A stretch of DNA of 62,663 bases, filler included. It is 9 parts of 9 records of this genome, joined end to end, with 100 filler letters (N's around TTAATTAATTAA, not from the genome) between each part and the next. Parts side by side here need not be neighbours in the genome. Positions count along the whole stretch, not along the records: positions 51,701 to 56,749 come from SRR20825010_6413; positions 56,850 to 62,663 come from SRR20825010_6415; 7 more parts are not named here. One strand, 5' to 3'. The position numbers and the translations under genes were made by a program. Shown one piece after another: positions 52,163 through 62,617 of the stretch. The notes beneath the pieces were generated by a model. It was not told the origin of the DNA. It was given only the letters and a program-made list of their open reading frames with translations, and made no database searches. The first letter of the stretch is position 1. The number at the start of each line of letters is the position of its first letter.

Positions 52163-53845
52163 ATGCGGAATTTGGCATTTGCCATGGTGGGCGCGTTTCT
52201 GGGCGCGTCGAGTGCGCTTGCCAACGGCGACGCGCTGGTGATCGGCAACAGTCAGTACACCGCCGTCCAGACGCTGTTCGGCGCGCAGCGAGTCGCGCAG
52301 GCGGCCAGTGCGCTGAACGCCAAGGGGTTTGACGTCACGTTGGCGCAGGATGCGGGCGCGTCGGACATGCGCAAGGCCTTTGGCGAATTCGCCGAAATGC
52401 TGGACGATGACGGCGGTCCGGTGGTGATCCTGCTGTCAGGGGTCTTTGTGCACAGCGTCGGCGGCAGCTACCTGCTGCCGGTGACCGGGAATGGCCGGAT
52501 CGACGAGGCGGACGTGCTGATTCAGGGCTTTCCTCTGGATGCTGCGCTGGCGGTGCTGTCGGCCTATCAGGGGCGCGCGTTCCTTGTGTTGGGGGAAACC
52601 GGCGCGGAGCCGGATCTGAACCTGTTCCTGACCGCTGGACTGGGAGAGTTGGACATCCCGCAGGGGGTGACGGTGATACGCGGTCCGGCAATGGATGTGG
52701 CCCGCTATGCGGCGCGGGACATGGCCCGGACCGGGCGTTTTGTGCGCCGCGCCGCGATCGAATACGAATTGCAGATCGAGGGGTACGCCCCGCAGGAACA
52801 GGTGATCGTCCGCGAAGGCGACGTCAGTCCGCCGCGCGGAGCCATCGACCCGCCGCTGCCCGATCCCTTTGCCAACCGGGCGGCTGACGATGTGTCATGG
52901 CGACTGGCGCAAGAGGCCGATTCGGCCGAAGGCTACAAAACCTACCTCAACGGTTTTCCCGATGGGGCCCATGTGAACGCGGCGCGACAACGTATATCGG
53001 CGCTGACCTCCGAGCCATTTTATCGCGAACGTCGCGCCGAAGAGGATCTGGAACTTGACCGCGACGCCCGCAGGGCCATTCAGCGTGACCTGACCATTCT
53101 GGGCCATGACACCCGCGGCATCGACGGCGTATTTGGCAATGGCACGCGGGGGGCCGTCCGGCGCTGGCAGGAAGAGACCGGCCTGAAGGTCAGCAGCTAT
53201 CTTGACCGTGACCAGATCGCCCGCTTGCAGGCACAGGCCACACGCCGCGCCGCTGAACTGGAAGAGGAGGAAAAGCGCCAGCAGGCTGAACGGGCACGCC
53301 AAGAGCGCGCCCTGTGGCGGCGCGTCAGGGATCGGGGCGAAGAGGCGGGCTTTCGCGAGTATTTGCAGAAATACCCCCAAGGGCAGTTTGTCGATGAGGC
53401 GCGCGCAGTGCTGAAAGCGATCGACAAGCAGCGTGCGGAACAGGCCGTGGGACAGGACCGGCGCGACTGGAACAAAGCGACACAGGCCAATTCCGTGGCG
53501 GCGTACAACGCCTACCTGCGCGACTGGCCCAACGGGGCGTTCCGTGAAGAGGCCAAGCAGCAAATCGCAGAGCTGCAGTTCGACGCGGAACGGGTGCGTA
53601 ATTCGGTTCAGGCCCGAAACGAGGAGCAGGGGATGAACCTGAATTTCGTGGCCCGCCAACTGACCGAACGGCGGCTGGATCAACTGGGCATGAAACCGGG
53701 CAAGGTTGACGGGCAGTTTGATGAAAACACCCGCGCGGCGCTGCGCCGCTTTCAGGACGCGCGCGGGTTGCGGGTTTCTGGTTATCTGGACGAACAAACC
53801 ATGGTGCGCCTGCTGGCCGGAGGCATCATCGGCATCGACCGTTAA
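52163..53845 (+). CDS. Exported caspase-like domain protein with peptidoglycan-binding domains
   Basis: Signal peptide, ALVIGNSQY, two PG_binding_1 motifs (GIDGVFGNGTRGAVRRWQ and KVDGQFDENTRAALRRFQ). Confidence 0.85.
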   Translation: MRNLAFAMVGAFLGASSALANGDALVIGNSQYTAVQTLFGAQRVAQAASALNAKGFDVTLAQDAGASDMRKAFGEFAEMLDDDGGPVVILLSGVFVHSVGGSYLLPVTGNGRIDEADVLIQGFPLDAALAVLSAYQGRAFLVLGETGAEPDLNLFLTAGLGELDIPQGVTVIRGPAMDVARYAARDMARTGRFVRRAAIEYELQIEGYAPQEQVIVREGDVSPPRGAIDPPLPDPFANRAADDVSWRLAQEADSAEGYKTYLNGFPDGAHVNAARQRISALTSEPFYRERRAEEDLELDRDARRAIQRDLTILGHDTRGIDGVFGNGTRGAVRRWQEETGLKVSSYLDRDQIARLQAQATRRAAELEEEEKRQQAERARQERALWRRVRDRGEEAGFREYLQKYPQGQFVDEARAVLKAIDKQRAEQAVGQDRRDWNKATQANSVAAYNAYLRDWPNGAFREEAKQQIAELQFDAERVRNSVQARNEEQGMNLNFVARQLTERRLDQLGMKPGKVDGQFDENTRAALRRFQDARGLRVSGYLDEQTMVRLLAGGIIGIDR

Positions 53846-54046
53846 CCGCCCGGTGTTGGCAAGGGGCGCCGACACACGCAGTCGGCGCCCGCCAATCGGC
53901 GGGGCATTCTAGGAGAATGCCTGACAAATGTTTGCGGATTTTCACTCAAGTTGTGATCAGGCCGCAAAACCGGATTTCACCCGGTATTAAGTTGCTTCCC
54001 TGAAAGATGCTTCACCGAGTCGTTACGGTCGTTTCACAGTGAAGGA

Positions 54047-55834
54047 GTGCCTGCGGTGAAGTCTTTCGAAGCCCGCAGTCGCGGGGTCACATCCTTGCAC
54101 GTCATCATCGTGGCCTTGTCGCTTACCATGACGGTCGGGGCTTGGCTCTATTCAAAGAATCAGGTGGATCTGCAAACTGAAAACAGGTTTGTGGCTGCCA
54201 AGGACCGTACCATCGGCCTGATCGTTGATCGCATGTCCCGATACGAAGATGCGCTTTGGTCCGGTGTGGCCCATATCGATGCCAAGGGCGGTAAGACATC
54301 CCATTCAGAGTGGAAGACGTTCTCTGGCTCATTGAATTTGGCAAAAAAGTATCCGGGCGTGAATGGGATAGGGGTCATCTATTACGTCGACAGGCGGGAG
54401 TTCCCTGAATTCCAGAGCATCAGGGACGCTGAAGGACGCGGCTTTTCAGTGTTTCCGGAACATGACCAGGACTTCAGGCTGCCGATCACGTTTATCGAAC
54501 CCGAAGACATCAATGCCGCAGCCATTGGCCTGGATGTGGCGCATGAGATGAATCGCCGAACTGGCCTGTTGGCGAGTCGTGACACTGGCACAGCACAGAT
54601 CACTGGCCCGATCATTCTCGTACAGGACAGCGGCCATACAGCGGGATTCTTATTCTACACACCGTTTTAAGACGGGCAAAGGCCGGGATCTGTGGGGGAA
54701 CGGCAGGAAACATTTTCCGGCGTTGTCTACGCACCTTTTGCCGTTCGAAACCTGGTCCAAGGGTTGCTGTCAAAGGATCGCCGCGAAGTGCGCTTTAGCA
54801 TACGCGATGGCGATCAGGTCATTTACGATGAACTTGGACCGGATGAGCCGCTATACGATGGCGGTCCCATGTTTTCAGACACTGTAGAGCTGAAAATGTA
54901 TGGAAGAACCTGGCTCGTCGAGATCAGGACAAATTTGGCGTTCCGCAATCAGAACGGATATGATCAGCCGACATTGATCCTGATTGGGGGATTGGTGATC
55001 GAGATCCTGGTGATTTCCATGCTTGCGATGATGGCGCGCTCCAATCTCAAGGCGCACACCTACGCACACCATCTGACCGAAGAACTGCGCGCCAAGACAG
55101 AGCATCTTGAACACGCCAATTCGGAAATCGAACAATTTGTCTATATCGCATCCCATGACCTGAAGACCCCGGCGCGCGGGATCGGCTTTCTTGCGGATGT
55201 GATCGAAGAGGATCTGGAAGACATCATAGGCCCGCTTGATGGGCACGCAGAACTAAAGGTGCAAATCGACATGATCCGAGAGCGCGTCAGCAGAATGAAC
55301 GATCTAACGCGGGGGATCATGGAATTCTCTCGCGTCGGGAACGGTAGCGAGGCGGCAGAGACGGGTGTCTCACTTGCGACAATTGTTGGGGATTGTGTCG
55401 CCGATTTCGAAGTCGATCCCTCACAGATTCACCTGACGTCGGACATCGATACAATCCACTGCGACAGCCAGAGTTTTCGCCGCGTGCTGGAGGACTTGAT
55501 TGGCAACGCCCTCAAATACCACCCGGACCCGCAGGCGGCGCGGGTGGATCTAACAGTAGAGGTGGCGGAAGAGAGTTTGAAGGTCTCTGTCAGGGATAAC
55601 GGAAATGGTATCGCCACTGAGTTTCATGCCAGAATTTTTGAAGTTTTTCAAACGCTTCGCAAGGCAGGCGAACCGGAAAGCACTGGTATCGGGTTGGCCA
55701 TCGTCAAAAAGGCCGTGCAGCGCCACGGTTACGATATTTGCGTGAATTCCTCACTCGGGAATGGGGCAAAGTTCACCTTTCGTTGGCCGCTAGGTCACGA
55801 TGCAGCGGATCATCAACTAGAGAAGGTCGCCTAA
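54047..55834 (+). pseudogene. CHASE-domain sensor histidine kinase interrupted by an in-frame TAA
   Basis: The CHASE ORF (54047-54670) and kinase ORF (ASHDLKTP, NALKY, DNGNG, GIGL) share a frame. Junction reads FYTPF*DGQRPGSVGERQ. Confidence 0.8.
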
Positions 55835-55835
55835 C

Positions 55836-56267
55836 ATGAGCCGTCAGATGAATATCCTGCTCGTCGAGGACAACACGCTGGATGTGATGATGATTCAGCG
55901 CGCGCTGTCCAGGATCGCTCCGGATGCGGTGGTCACCCGCGCAGAAGACGGCATCGAGGCGCTGGAAATCATAAATTCGGGACGGACGACCAATCCCTTT
56001 TTCATCCTGCTGGACATCAACATGCCCCGGATGAATGGGCACGAATTCCTCAAGGAACTGCGCAAGACGGCGATCGCCTCTGACAGCGTGGTCTTCATGT
56101 TCACGACGTCTGACAGCGTGCAGGACATCGCCCGAGCCTATCGTGAGAGCGTCAACGGATACATCGTCAAGCCGCACAACCGGGAAGACATGAACAAGAA
56201 GATCTCGACGCTGCAAGAGTTCTGGACAATTTGCGAACCACCCGTACGGCCTGTCGGTCCGGTCTAG
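55836..56267 (+). CDS. Single-domain response regulator (Rcp-like)
   Basis: LLVEDN, LLDINMPRMNG, FTTS, YIVKP. Confidence 0.92.
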   Translation: MSRQMNILLVEDNTLDVMMIQRALSRIAPDAVVTRAEDGIEALEIINSGRTTNPFFILLDINMPRMNGHEFLKELRKTAIASDSVVFMFTTSDSVQDIARAYRESVNGYIVKPHNREDMNKKISTLQEFWTICEPPVRPVGPV

Positions 56268-56427
56268 CGCGTGTCGGCGGCGGCCTTGCCGGGCGCCTCT
56301 CAGGCGCACACAGGCGCCTGCATCGGGTGTAGTGGCCCCGACAGGTCCGGCGTGTAACTGTAGAATAAGCGAACCCCGGGGCACGCAACGCCGGTCAGAA
56401 CCCACCAGAGATCTGGATCACGGAAAT

Positions 56428-56464
56428 AAAAAGCCCCCGCAGGCGATACCTGCGGGGGCTTTTT
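56428..56464. terminator. Bidirectional intrinsic terminator
   Basis: AAAAA-GCCCCCGCAGG-cgata-CCTGCGGGGGC-TTTTT. Confidence 0.9.
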
Positions 56465-56492
56465 GTATTGATCAAAGGCGTGGTGCCGGGAC

Positions 56493-56618
56493 TTAGCCCT
56501 GACGTGCCTTGAATCTCCGCTGTGTCTTGTTGATCACATAGACACGGCCCTTACGGCGCACAACGCGGCAGTCGCGGTGGCGCTTCTTGAGCGAGCGGAG
56601 CGAATTGGCGACCTTCAT
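56493..56618 (-). CDS. rpmJ: 50S ribosomal protein L36, zinc-free type B
   Basis: [49 protein letters not shown]. Confidence 0.97.
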   Translation of the reverse strand: MKVANSLRSLKKRHRDCRVVRRKGRVYVINKTQRRFKARQG

Positions 56619-56719
56619 GGGTCTTCTCCTATCGTCGCGGCGCGCGAGCGCCTTTCGTTGCGGCCAATACCCGAAACTCCGCGAGGCAAGCCCCCCCCGG
56701 AGACCGGGTGATGAATTCA

Positions 56720-56749
56720 TGGTGGGCGATACTGGGATCGAACCAGTGA
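56720..56749 (-). tRNA. 3' fragment of a tRNA (likely Val)
   Basis: Minus strand ACTGG-TTCGATC-CCAGT-ATCGCCC-A-CCA gives T-arm, acceptor and CCA. The anticodon is not in the window. Confidence 0.8.
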
Positions 56750-56849
56750 NNNNNNNNNNNNNNNNNNNNNNNNNNNNNNNNNNNNNNNNNNNNTTAATTA
56801 ATTAANNNNNNNNNNNNNNNNNNNNNNNNNNNNNNNNNNNNNNNNNNNN

Positions 56850-57737
56850 CTCGGTCTGCATATCCGCCAGCTTCTTCTGGATCAGCTGATTGGCCGCCAG
56901 AGGCTTGCCAAACTGCTTGCGCTCGAGCGTGTAATTGAGGGCTGCGTGCCAGCAGAACTCGGCAGCGCCCATGGACCCCCAGCTGATGCCGAAACGGGCC
57001 TTGTTCAGGCAACTGAAAGGACCTTTCAGGCCTTCCACGTCGAGCTTGTTCTCGTCCGGGACAAAGACTTCGTCCATAAAGATGGACCCGGTCTCGGAAG
57101 CCCGCAGGGAAAACTTACCCTCAATCTTCGGCGTGTCCAGACCCTTGGCACCTTCGCGTTCGATCACGAAACCGGTGATTTTGCCCTCGAGCTTGGCCCA
57201 GACCACGCAAACATCGGCAATGGGGGAGTTGGTGATCCAGGTTTTGGAGCCACTGACCAGATAGCCGCCGTCGACTTTCTTGGCGCGGGTTTCCATGTTG
57301 CCCGGGTCAGACCCATGGTTGGGCTCGGTCAGGCCAAAGCAGCCCACTTTTTCGCCGGATGCCAGTTGGGGCAGGATGCGTTTTTTCAGGGCTTCCTGAC
57401 CAAAGGCGTGAATCGGGTGAATAACCAGTGACGACTGGACACTCAGGGCTGAACGATAGGCGCTATCAACCCGTTCCACTTCGCGGGCAATCAGGCCGTA
57501 GCACACGTGGTTCAGGCCGGGGCCGCCGTATTCTTCCGGCAGGGTAGCGCCGAGCATGCCCAGATCGCCCATGTCGGTAAAAATGGAACGGTCGAACTTC
57601 TCATGCCGGTTCGCTTCGGTAATGCCGGGCATCAGGCGCTGATCGCAGAACGAACGGATACTGTCACGTACCTGACGCTCGGTTTCATCCAGTTGCTTGT
57701 CGAACTGCAGCAGGTCATCCCAGGGTGCGGAAGCCAT
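56850..57737 (-). CDS. gcdH: Glutaryl-CoA dehydrogenase, 3'-truncated
   Basis: [45 protein letters not shown]. Confidence 0.9.
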
Positions 57738-57772
57738 GGTGTGTCTCCTCAGAAAATTAGTCGGTTGCTCTT

Positions 57773-58978
57773 TTAATCAGATACTCGCTCAATAACAGCC
57801 GCAATGCCTTGGCCAACGCCAATGCACATGCTGATCAATGCGTAACGTCCGCCACTGCGCTCAAGCTGGCGGGTGGCGGTCAATGCAATCCGTGCACCGG
57901 ACGCCCCAAGGGGGTGGCCAACCGCAATGGCGCCACCGTTGGGGTTCAGCCTGGAATCGGTCGGGTCAATGCCCAGTTTGTGGGTGCAGCCAAGAACCTG
58001 GGCCGCAAAGGCTTCGTTGATCTCGATGACGTCCATATCGTTGATGCCGAGGCCCGCGCGGGCGAGGGCCTTCTCGCTGGCGGGTACCGGGCCGTAGCCC
58101 ATGACCTGTGGCGGAACACCGGCGATCGCTGCGGATACAATACGGGCACGGGGCTGAATACCGGCCTTTTCACCGGCTTTGCGAGAGCCGATGATCAGGG
58201 CCGCGGCGCCATCGTTGATGCCCGAGGCGTTGCCGGCAGTCACCACGCCTCCTTCGAACAGCGGGCGCAGGCCGGCCAGTGCCTCGTGGGTGGACTGAGG
58301 CCGCGGATGCTCATCGCTGTTCACGCTGACGGGTGGTTTTTTCCGGCCCTGAGGGACATCAGTGGGCATAATCTCTTCATTATAGAAGCCATCTTTCAGG
58401 GCAGCGTCGTATCGGGCCTGGCTCTGAGCGGCAAACTGATCCACGGTGTCCCGGCTGAGGTTGAGCTCCCTGGCAATGTTGTCGGCGGTTTCGGGCATGG
58501 TGTCGGCACCGAAGTCGGCCTCAATGCGAGGGTTGGGGAAGCGGGCCCCGATGGTGCTGTCAAAGGCACGAAAGTCGCGGCTGAACGGGCTTTCGCTCTT
58601 GGCCATCACAAACGGTGCCCGGCTCATGCTTTCAGCGCCGCCGGCGACAAACAGCTCGCCCTCATCGCAGCGAACCGCCCTGGCGGCGTCGATGATGGCT
58701 GCCAGGCCAGAGCCACACAGGCGGTTAACGGTCAGGCCACCGGTTTCAACAGGAAGGCCGGCCAACAGCCCGGCGTGGCGGGCCAGGTTTCGGGCGTCCT
58801 CGCCGGCCTGGTTGGTGCAACCGGCAATAACGTCTTCGTAGGCCTCAAGGGCAAAGGCGTTGCGCTCAACCAGCGCTTTGATAACGCTGGCCAGAAGGTT
58901 GTCGGGGCGAACCCTGGCCAGTGCGCCGGCGTGTCGACCGAAGGGTGTTCGTAGCCCATCGTAGATGAAAGCGCTCAT
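57773..58978 (-). CDS. 3-oxoadipyl-CoA-type thiolase (PcaF/PaaJ-like)
   Basis: [35 protein letters not shown]. Confidence 0.9.
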   Translation of the reverse strand: MSAFIYDGLRTPFGRHAGALARVRPDNLLASVIKALVERNAFALEAYEDVIAGCTNQAGEDARNLARHAGLLAGLPVETGGLTVNRLCGSGLAAIIDAARAVRCDEGELFVAGGAESMSRAPFVMAKSESPFSRDFRAFDSTIGARFPNPRIEADFGADTMPETADNIARELNLSRDTVDQFAAQSQARYDAALKDGFYNEEIMPTDVPQGRKKPPVSVNSDEHPRPQSTHEALAGLRPLFEGGVVTAGNASGINDGAAALIIGSRKAGEKAGIQPRARIVSAAIAGVPPQVMGYGPVPASEKALARAGLGINDMDVIEINEAFAAQVLGCTHKLGIDPTDSRLNPNGGAIAVGHPLGASGARIALTATRQLERSGGRYALISMCIGVGQGIAAVIERVSD

Positions 58979-59070
58979 GGCATCTCCCATTTGATCAGAC
59001 ATGGTTCCCATTGTGATCTTCCGTTTGTAAGGAGGGAAGGGGTGGGCTTGTCATGTCATTAGTGTTGATA

Positions 59071-59091
59071 TAGTTTCGTATAGCGGAACTA
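59071..59091. promoter_or_regulatory. Imperfect palindrome, putative IclR-family operator
   Basis: TAGTTTCGTATAGCGGAACTA lies in the divergent intergenic region. A related site is at 61522-61536. Confidence 0.55.
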
Positions 59092-59174
59092 AGTTTTGTA
59101 TATTGGTTGTTGAAGACTAATCCGGGTCTGTTTGAAATGCAACCGATACCACCAACCAAGGTCAGTAATCTGCT

Positions 59175-60527
59175 ATGAGCCGTTTTCTGGTTCCTGCTGC
59201 GGTTTTTCTGGAGCTTTTGGCGCTTTGCCTTTCCAGCATAAAGGTCAGTGCCTTTGCGGGTGTGTTGTTTGTGCTTTATTTCACGCTGGCGCTGAGGCGG
59301 CTGCAATCGTATTCCCGTTACCTGTTCCTGATCTCGCTGGTTGTGATCGGTTATCTGGGGTTTATCCGGCAACTGGCCGCCGAGGATCTGATTCGTGCCG
59401 CGTCCAACGCTGCCTTTTATGCAGCGTTCCTGGGAAGCCTGGGGATGATGCAATGCCTGGTTCGACGGCTTGAGGTGCTGCAGCGTATACACGACGTGTT
59501 GCTGGGTGGTCGCCCGGCGTTGCTGTACCCGAAATACGCGGTAGTGAGTTGTGGCATTGCATCAGTGCTGAGCTTCGGCGTGATGAACCTGCTTTGCGGT
59601 ACGTTGTCGGATACCCTGCGGCAGCGGGGTATTACCGGGGCTTCGCGGGTGCGCTGGTTGCGCAGTGTGCTGATCAGTACATTGCGTGGATTTGCGCTGG
59701 TGCCGCTGGTTGCGCCAACCAGTGTTGCGGTCGCCATTATTACCCGTGAAGTCCCCTCCCTGAGCTGGTCGGGCCTGCTGCCCTATGGCATTGGCAGCGC
59801 GGTGTTGCTGGTTCTGGTGGGATGGGGGTTGGAGCACAAGCGTTTTCGTCGGGTCAGCGGTGAGCGCGAACCGCTGGAAGCCTGGCCGGCTGGAAGTGGG
59901 CGGCTGTTGTTGCTGGTATTGATCATCTTCACGGCGATGGGCCTGCTGGTGCAGTTAACGGAACTGAAAGTGTCAGTGGCCGCGATGCTGACGGTGCCGG
60001 TGGTCACCCTTCTTTATATGTTCTGGCACGATCGCTCGCCAGCTATGGCGGTACGGGAAGCCACCGACAATATGCTCGGTATGAGCAACGAGATGTCGAT
60101 CTTCGCAGGTTCCGCCGGGTTGGGCGTGGCGTTGGTCTCGGTGATTCCGGCGGATGCCCTGGCAGGCATGGCGACTGGTGAGCTGGGCGTATTTTTACTG
60201 GCTGTGGGTGGGTTATTAATGATGCCGATGCTCTCAGCCATCGGCATCATCCCGATTACTGTGCTGAGTGTTCAGGCAGGGTTGATGCCGCAATTGGTCG
60301 CCGAGGGCGTGAACCCCCTGCCGATTGCGGTCGCCCTGGTGATTGGTTTCTCCCTTGCCATGATGCTGTCGCCGTTCGGCCCGGCCGTTATGCTGCTGTC
60401 ACGATTCGGGCAGGTGTCACGCTGGGTGGTAGCGTTTGGTTGGAACGGCGCTTTTGTCCTGCTCTCCATTCCGTTGTTATTGCTGATGCTGTGGGGGATA
60501 TTTGTGGTGGCGCCGGCCACTGGCTGA
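59175..60527 (+). CDS. Polytopic membrane protein, putative organic-acid transporter
   Basis: About 12 hydrophobic segments, LRGF...L.APTS and LSPF re-entrant-like motifs. Confidence 0.65.
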   Translation: MSRFLVPAAVFLELLALCLSSIKVSAFAGVLFVLYFTLALRRLQSYSRYLFLISLVVIGYLGFIRQLAAEDLIRAASNAAFYAAFLGSLGMMQCLVRRLEVLQRIHDVLLGGRPALLYPKYAVVSCGIASVLSFGVMNLLCGTLSDTLRQRGITGASRVRWLRSVLISTLRGFALVPLVAPTSVAVAIITREVPSLSWSGLLPYGIGSAVLLVLVGWGLEHKRFRRVSGEREPLEAWPAGSGRLLLLVLIIFTAMGLLVQLTELKVSVAAMLTVPVVTLLYMFWHDRSPAMAVREATDNMLGMSNEMSIFAGSAGLGVALVSVIPADALAGMATGELGVFLLAVGGLLMMPMLSAIGIIPITVLSVQAGLMPQLVAEGVNPLPIAVALVIGFSLAMMLSPFGPAVMLLSRFGQVSRWVVAFGWNGAFVLLSIPLLLLMLWGIFVVAPATG

Positions 60528-60548
60528 CCGGCGCAAATGTATAGGGTT

Positions 60549-61478
60549 TCAATAGCCTCGGCTGGGGTCCACGATGCCGGAAATCGGCTGACCGTTGTGG
60601 TGTGCCTGGATCTTACCGGTGATCTGCTCCAGGGTGGCATCCCTCAGGGTGCGCGCCGAGATATGTGGCGTAATGGTGATCTCCGGCCGCTGCCAGAAGG
60701 GGTGATCCGCGGGCAGGGGTTCCTGGCGAAACACATCCAGGGACGCTCGGGCGACATGGCCGTCTTCGATGGCTTTGATCAGGTCCTCTTCCACCAGGTG
60801 TTCTCCCCGGCCCACGTTGATCACCACGGCATTGGGCATGAGTTGGCTGAGGTGCTTATGATTGAGGATGTCCCGGGTTTCGTCGGTCAGTGGAAGAGTG
60901 TTCACCAGAACCCTGGTTGATTGCAGGAAATCGGTCAGGTTTTCGGTACCGGAAAAGGTCGAGACGCCGTCCAGGTCGTGCTTGCTGCGGGCCCAGCCGT
61001 TGACCCGGTAATCCAGGCCGGCGAGGGTACGTGCCACCCGCTTGCCAATATGGCCAAGGCCCATGACGCCTACTGGCCACTCACTGCGCTTGATCGGGCG
61101 ATGAATTTTCCAGGTACCCTGGCGTTGCTGCTCGCGGTAGGTTTCCATGCCCCGGCTGGCTTCCAGTAGCTGGTGCAACACGTATTCCGCCATTTGCGCG
61201 GACATGCCGGCATCTTCCAGACGCACGATGGGCAGTTGAGGTGGCAGATTGGGCACGGCCAGCAACCCATCGATTCCCGCGCCCAGGTTAAACACGGCTT
61301 TGAGCTTTTTTTCGCGCTCAAACAATTGTTCCGGTGGTTGCCAGACAATGGCGTAATCGGCATCCACCGCCGGGCCGTTGGCGTCCCATACGTGAACCTC
61401 GGCTTCCGGAAGCAGCTCCTTTATGGGAACGGTCCAGCGCTCCGGTTTGGGGTCTCCTGCTACAAATAGAACTTTCAT
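60549..61478 (-). CDS. ghrA: Glyoxylate/hydroxypyruvate reductase A (D-2-hydroxyacid dehydrogenase)
   Basis: GAGID, RLEDAGM..QMAEY, GLGHIG, NVGRG, LDVF..EPL, TPHIS. Confidence 0.85.
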   Translation of the reverse strand: MKVLFVAGDPKPERWTVPIKELLPEAEVHVWDANGPAVDADYAIVWQPPEQLFEREKKLKAVFNLGAGIDGLLAVPNLPPQLPIVRLEDAGMSAQMAEYVLHQLLEASRGMETYREQQRQGTWKIHRPIKRSEWPVGVMGLGHIGKRVARTLAGLDYRVNGWARSKHDLDGVSTFSGTENLTDFLQSTRVLVNTLPLTDETRDILNHKHLSQLMPNAVVINVGRGEHLVEEDLIKAIEDGHVARASLDVFRQEPLPADHPFWQRPEITITPHISARTLRDATLEQITGKIQAHHNGQPISGIVDPSRGY

Positions 61479-61762
61479 GTGCTCTCCGGGGTTGTCATCG
61501 GCTTCTAATTCAGTTACCAAGTTTCACATTGCAGAATAATATACCGCAAACTATCCGTAAACCCGGGGTCTTGTGTCGCGATATTGGAAGAGAATTGAAA
61601 CATAAAGGAAGAGTGTTTCATATTTGGCACGACTTTTGATAATGGTTTCTGGTACTTGATATCTGCAGCGATTAAAATACCGCATCTTTTCTTACTATCC
61701 GAACATAGCCCCGGTAGTCCGGGCACAGCGGATCAGGCGCAGCTGTTGGAGGACGCCCGTTT

Positions 61763-62587
61763 ATGACAAAAGCACAAGCCACCCCGCCGGAACTCCTGGC
61801 AGCATCCGGTGATGGTGAACCGGTAAAGCCTGAGAAAGATCGCAAGTTTGTAGAGGCACTTTCCCGTGGCCTGGATGTGCTTCGCGCCTTTAGCCAGGGC
61901 TCGGTGATTCTGGGCAATCAGGACATCGCGCGCCTGACCGGGCTGCCGAAACCCACGGTTTCGCGCATGACCTACACCCTGACCAAGCTGGGTTACCTCA
62001 GTTATAACGCCCAGTTGGAAAAGTACCAGCTCAGCTCCGGCGTATTGGCACTTGGTTACGCCTACGTTTCCAACCTTAAAGTGCGCCAGCTGGCTAAGCC
62101 TTACATGGACGAGTTTGCCCGTCAGACCAACATGTCCGTGGGCCTGACTTGCCGCGATCGTCTGCACATGATCTATGTGGAAAATCGCCTGCCGCCGGAA
62201 GCATCGCTGCTGCGTATGGATATCGGTCTGAAGCTGCCCATGGCCACCACATCGGCCGGGCGAGCCTACTACTGTGCCATTTCGGATAAAGGCCGCAAGG
62301 TCATCACGGACGCCATGGAAGCCAAATATGGTGACGCCTGGCCTGAGAAGCAGGAGGGCCTCGAACGTTCGATGGAAGACTACAAGAAGTATGGCTTCTG
62401 CCTGTCGCTTGGCGAGTGGGATCGCAACATCAACTCTGCGGGTGTGCCCATTCACCTGCAGGATGGCACCATTATGGCGCTGACTTGTGCGGCGCCTTCC
62501 TATCTGATTTCCGGGGAAAAGCTGCGGGAATCCATTGCTCACCAACTGGCGATGCTGGCCAGCGATATTGAATCGCTTGGTGTTTGA
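61763..62587 (+). CDS. IclR-family transcriptional regulator
   Basis: FVEALSRGLDVLRAF, TGLPKPTVSR.TYTL, TTSAGRA. Confidence 0.93.
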   Translation: MTKAQATPPELLAASGDGEPVKPEKDRKFVEALSRGLDVLRAFSQGSVILGNQDIARLTGLPKPTVSRMTYTLTKLGYLSYNAQLEKYQLSSGVLALGYAYVSNLKVRQLAKPYMDEFARQTNMSVGLTCRDRLHMIYVENRLPPEASLLRMDIGLKLPMATTSAGRAYYCAISDKGRKVITDAMEAKYGDAWPEKQEGLERSMEDYKKYGFCLSLGEWDRNINSAGVPIHLQDGTIMALTCAAPSYLISGEKLRESIAHQLAMLASDIESLGV

Positions 62588-62617
62588 TTTTGCGGGCTAA
62601 CTGATAAAGCGTGGGCC

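Noticed and set aside
16764-54670. Stop-codon reassignment (TAA at expected Tyr positions in the putP-like and CHASE genes, TAG in yggU)
   Set aside because: The cases are on different contigs and each is one substitution from a sense codon. TAA ends normal genes on the CHASE contig (53845, 55834), and two of the three genes carry additional lesions.
12782-56849. Eight regularly built N-flanked TTAATTAATTAA sequences, which could look like a repeat family
   Set aside because: They are identical 100-nt spacers with stops in all six frames that cut genes. They are concatenation artefacts, and ORFs ending in LIN or containing X runs are artefacts too.
61625-61640. TGGCAC-N5-TTGAT upstream of iclR as a sigma54 promoter
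   Set aside because: The -12 element lacks the conserved GC and no enhancer-binding protein is nearby.
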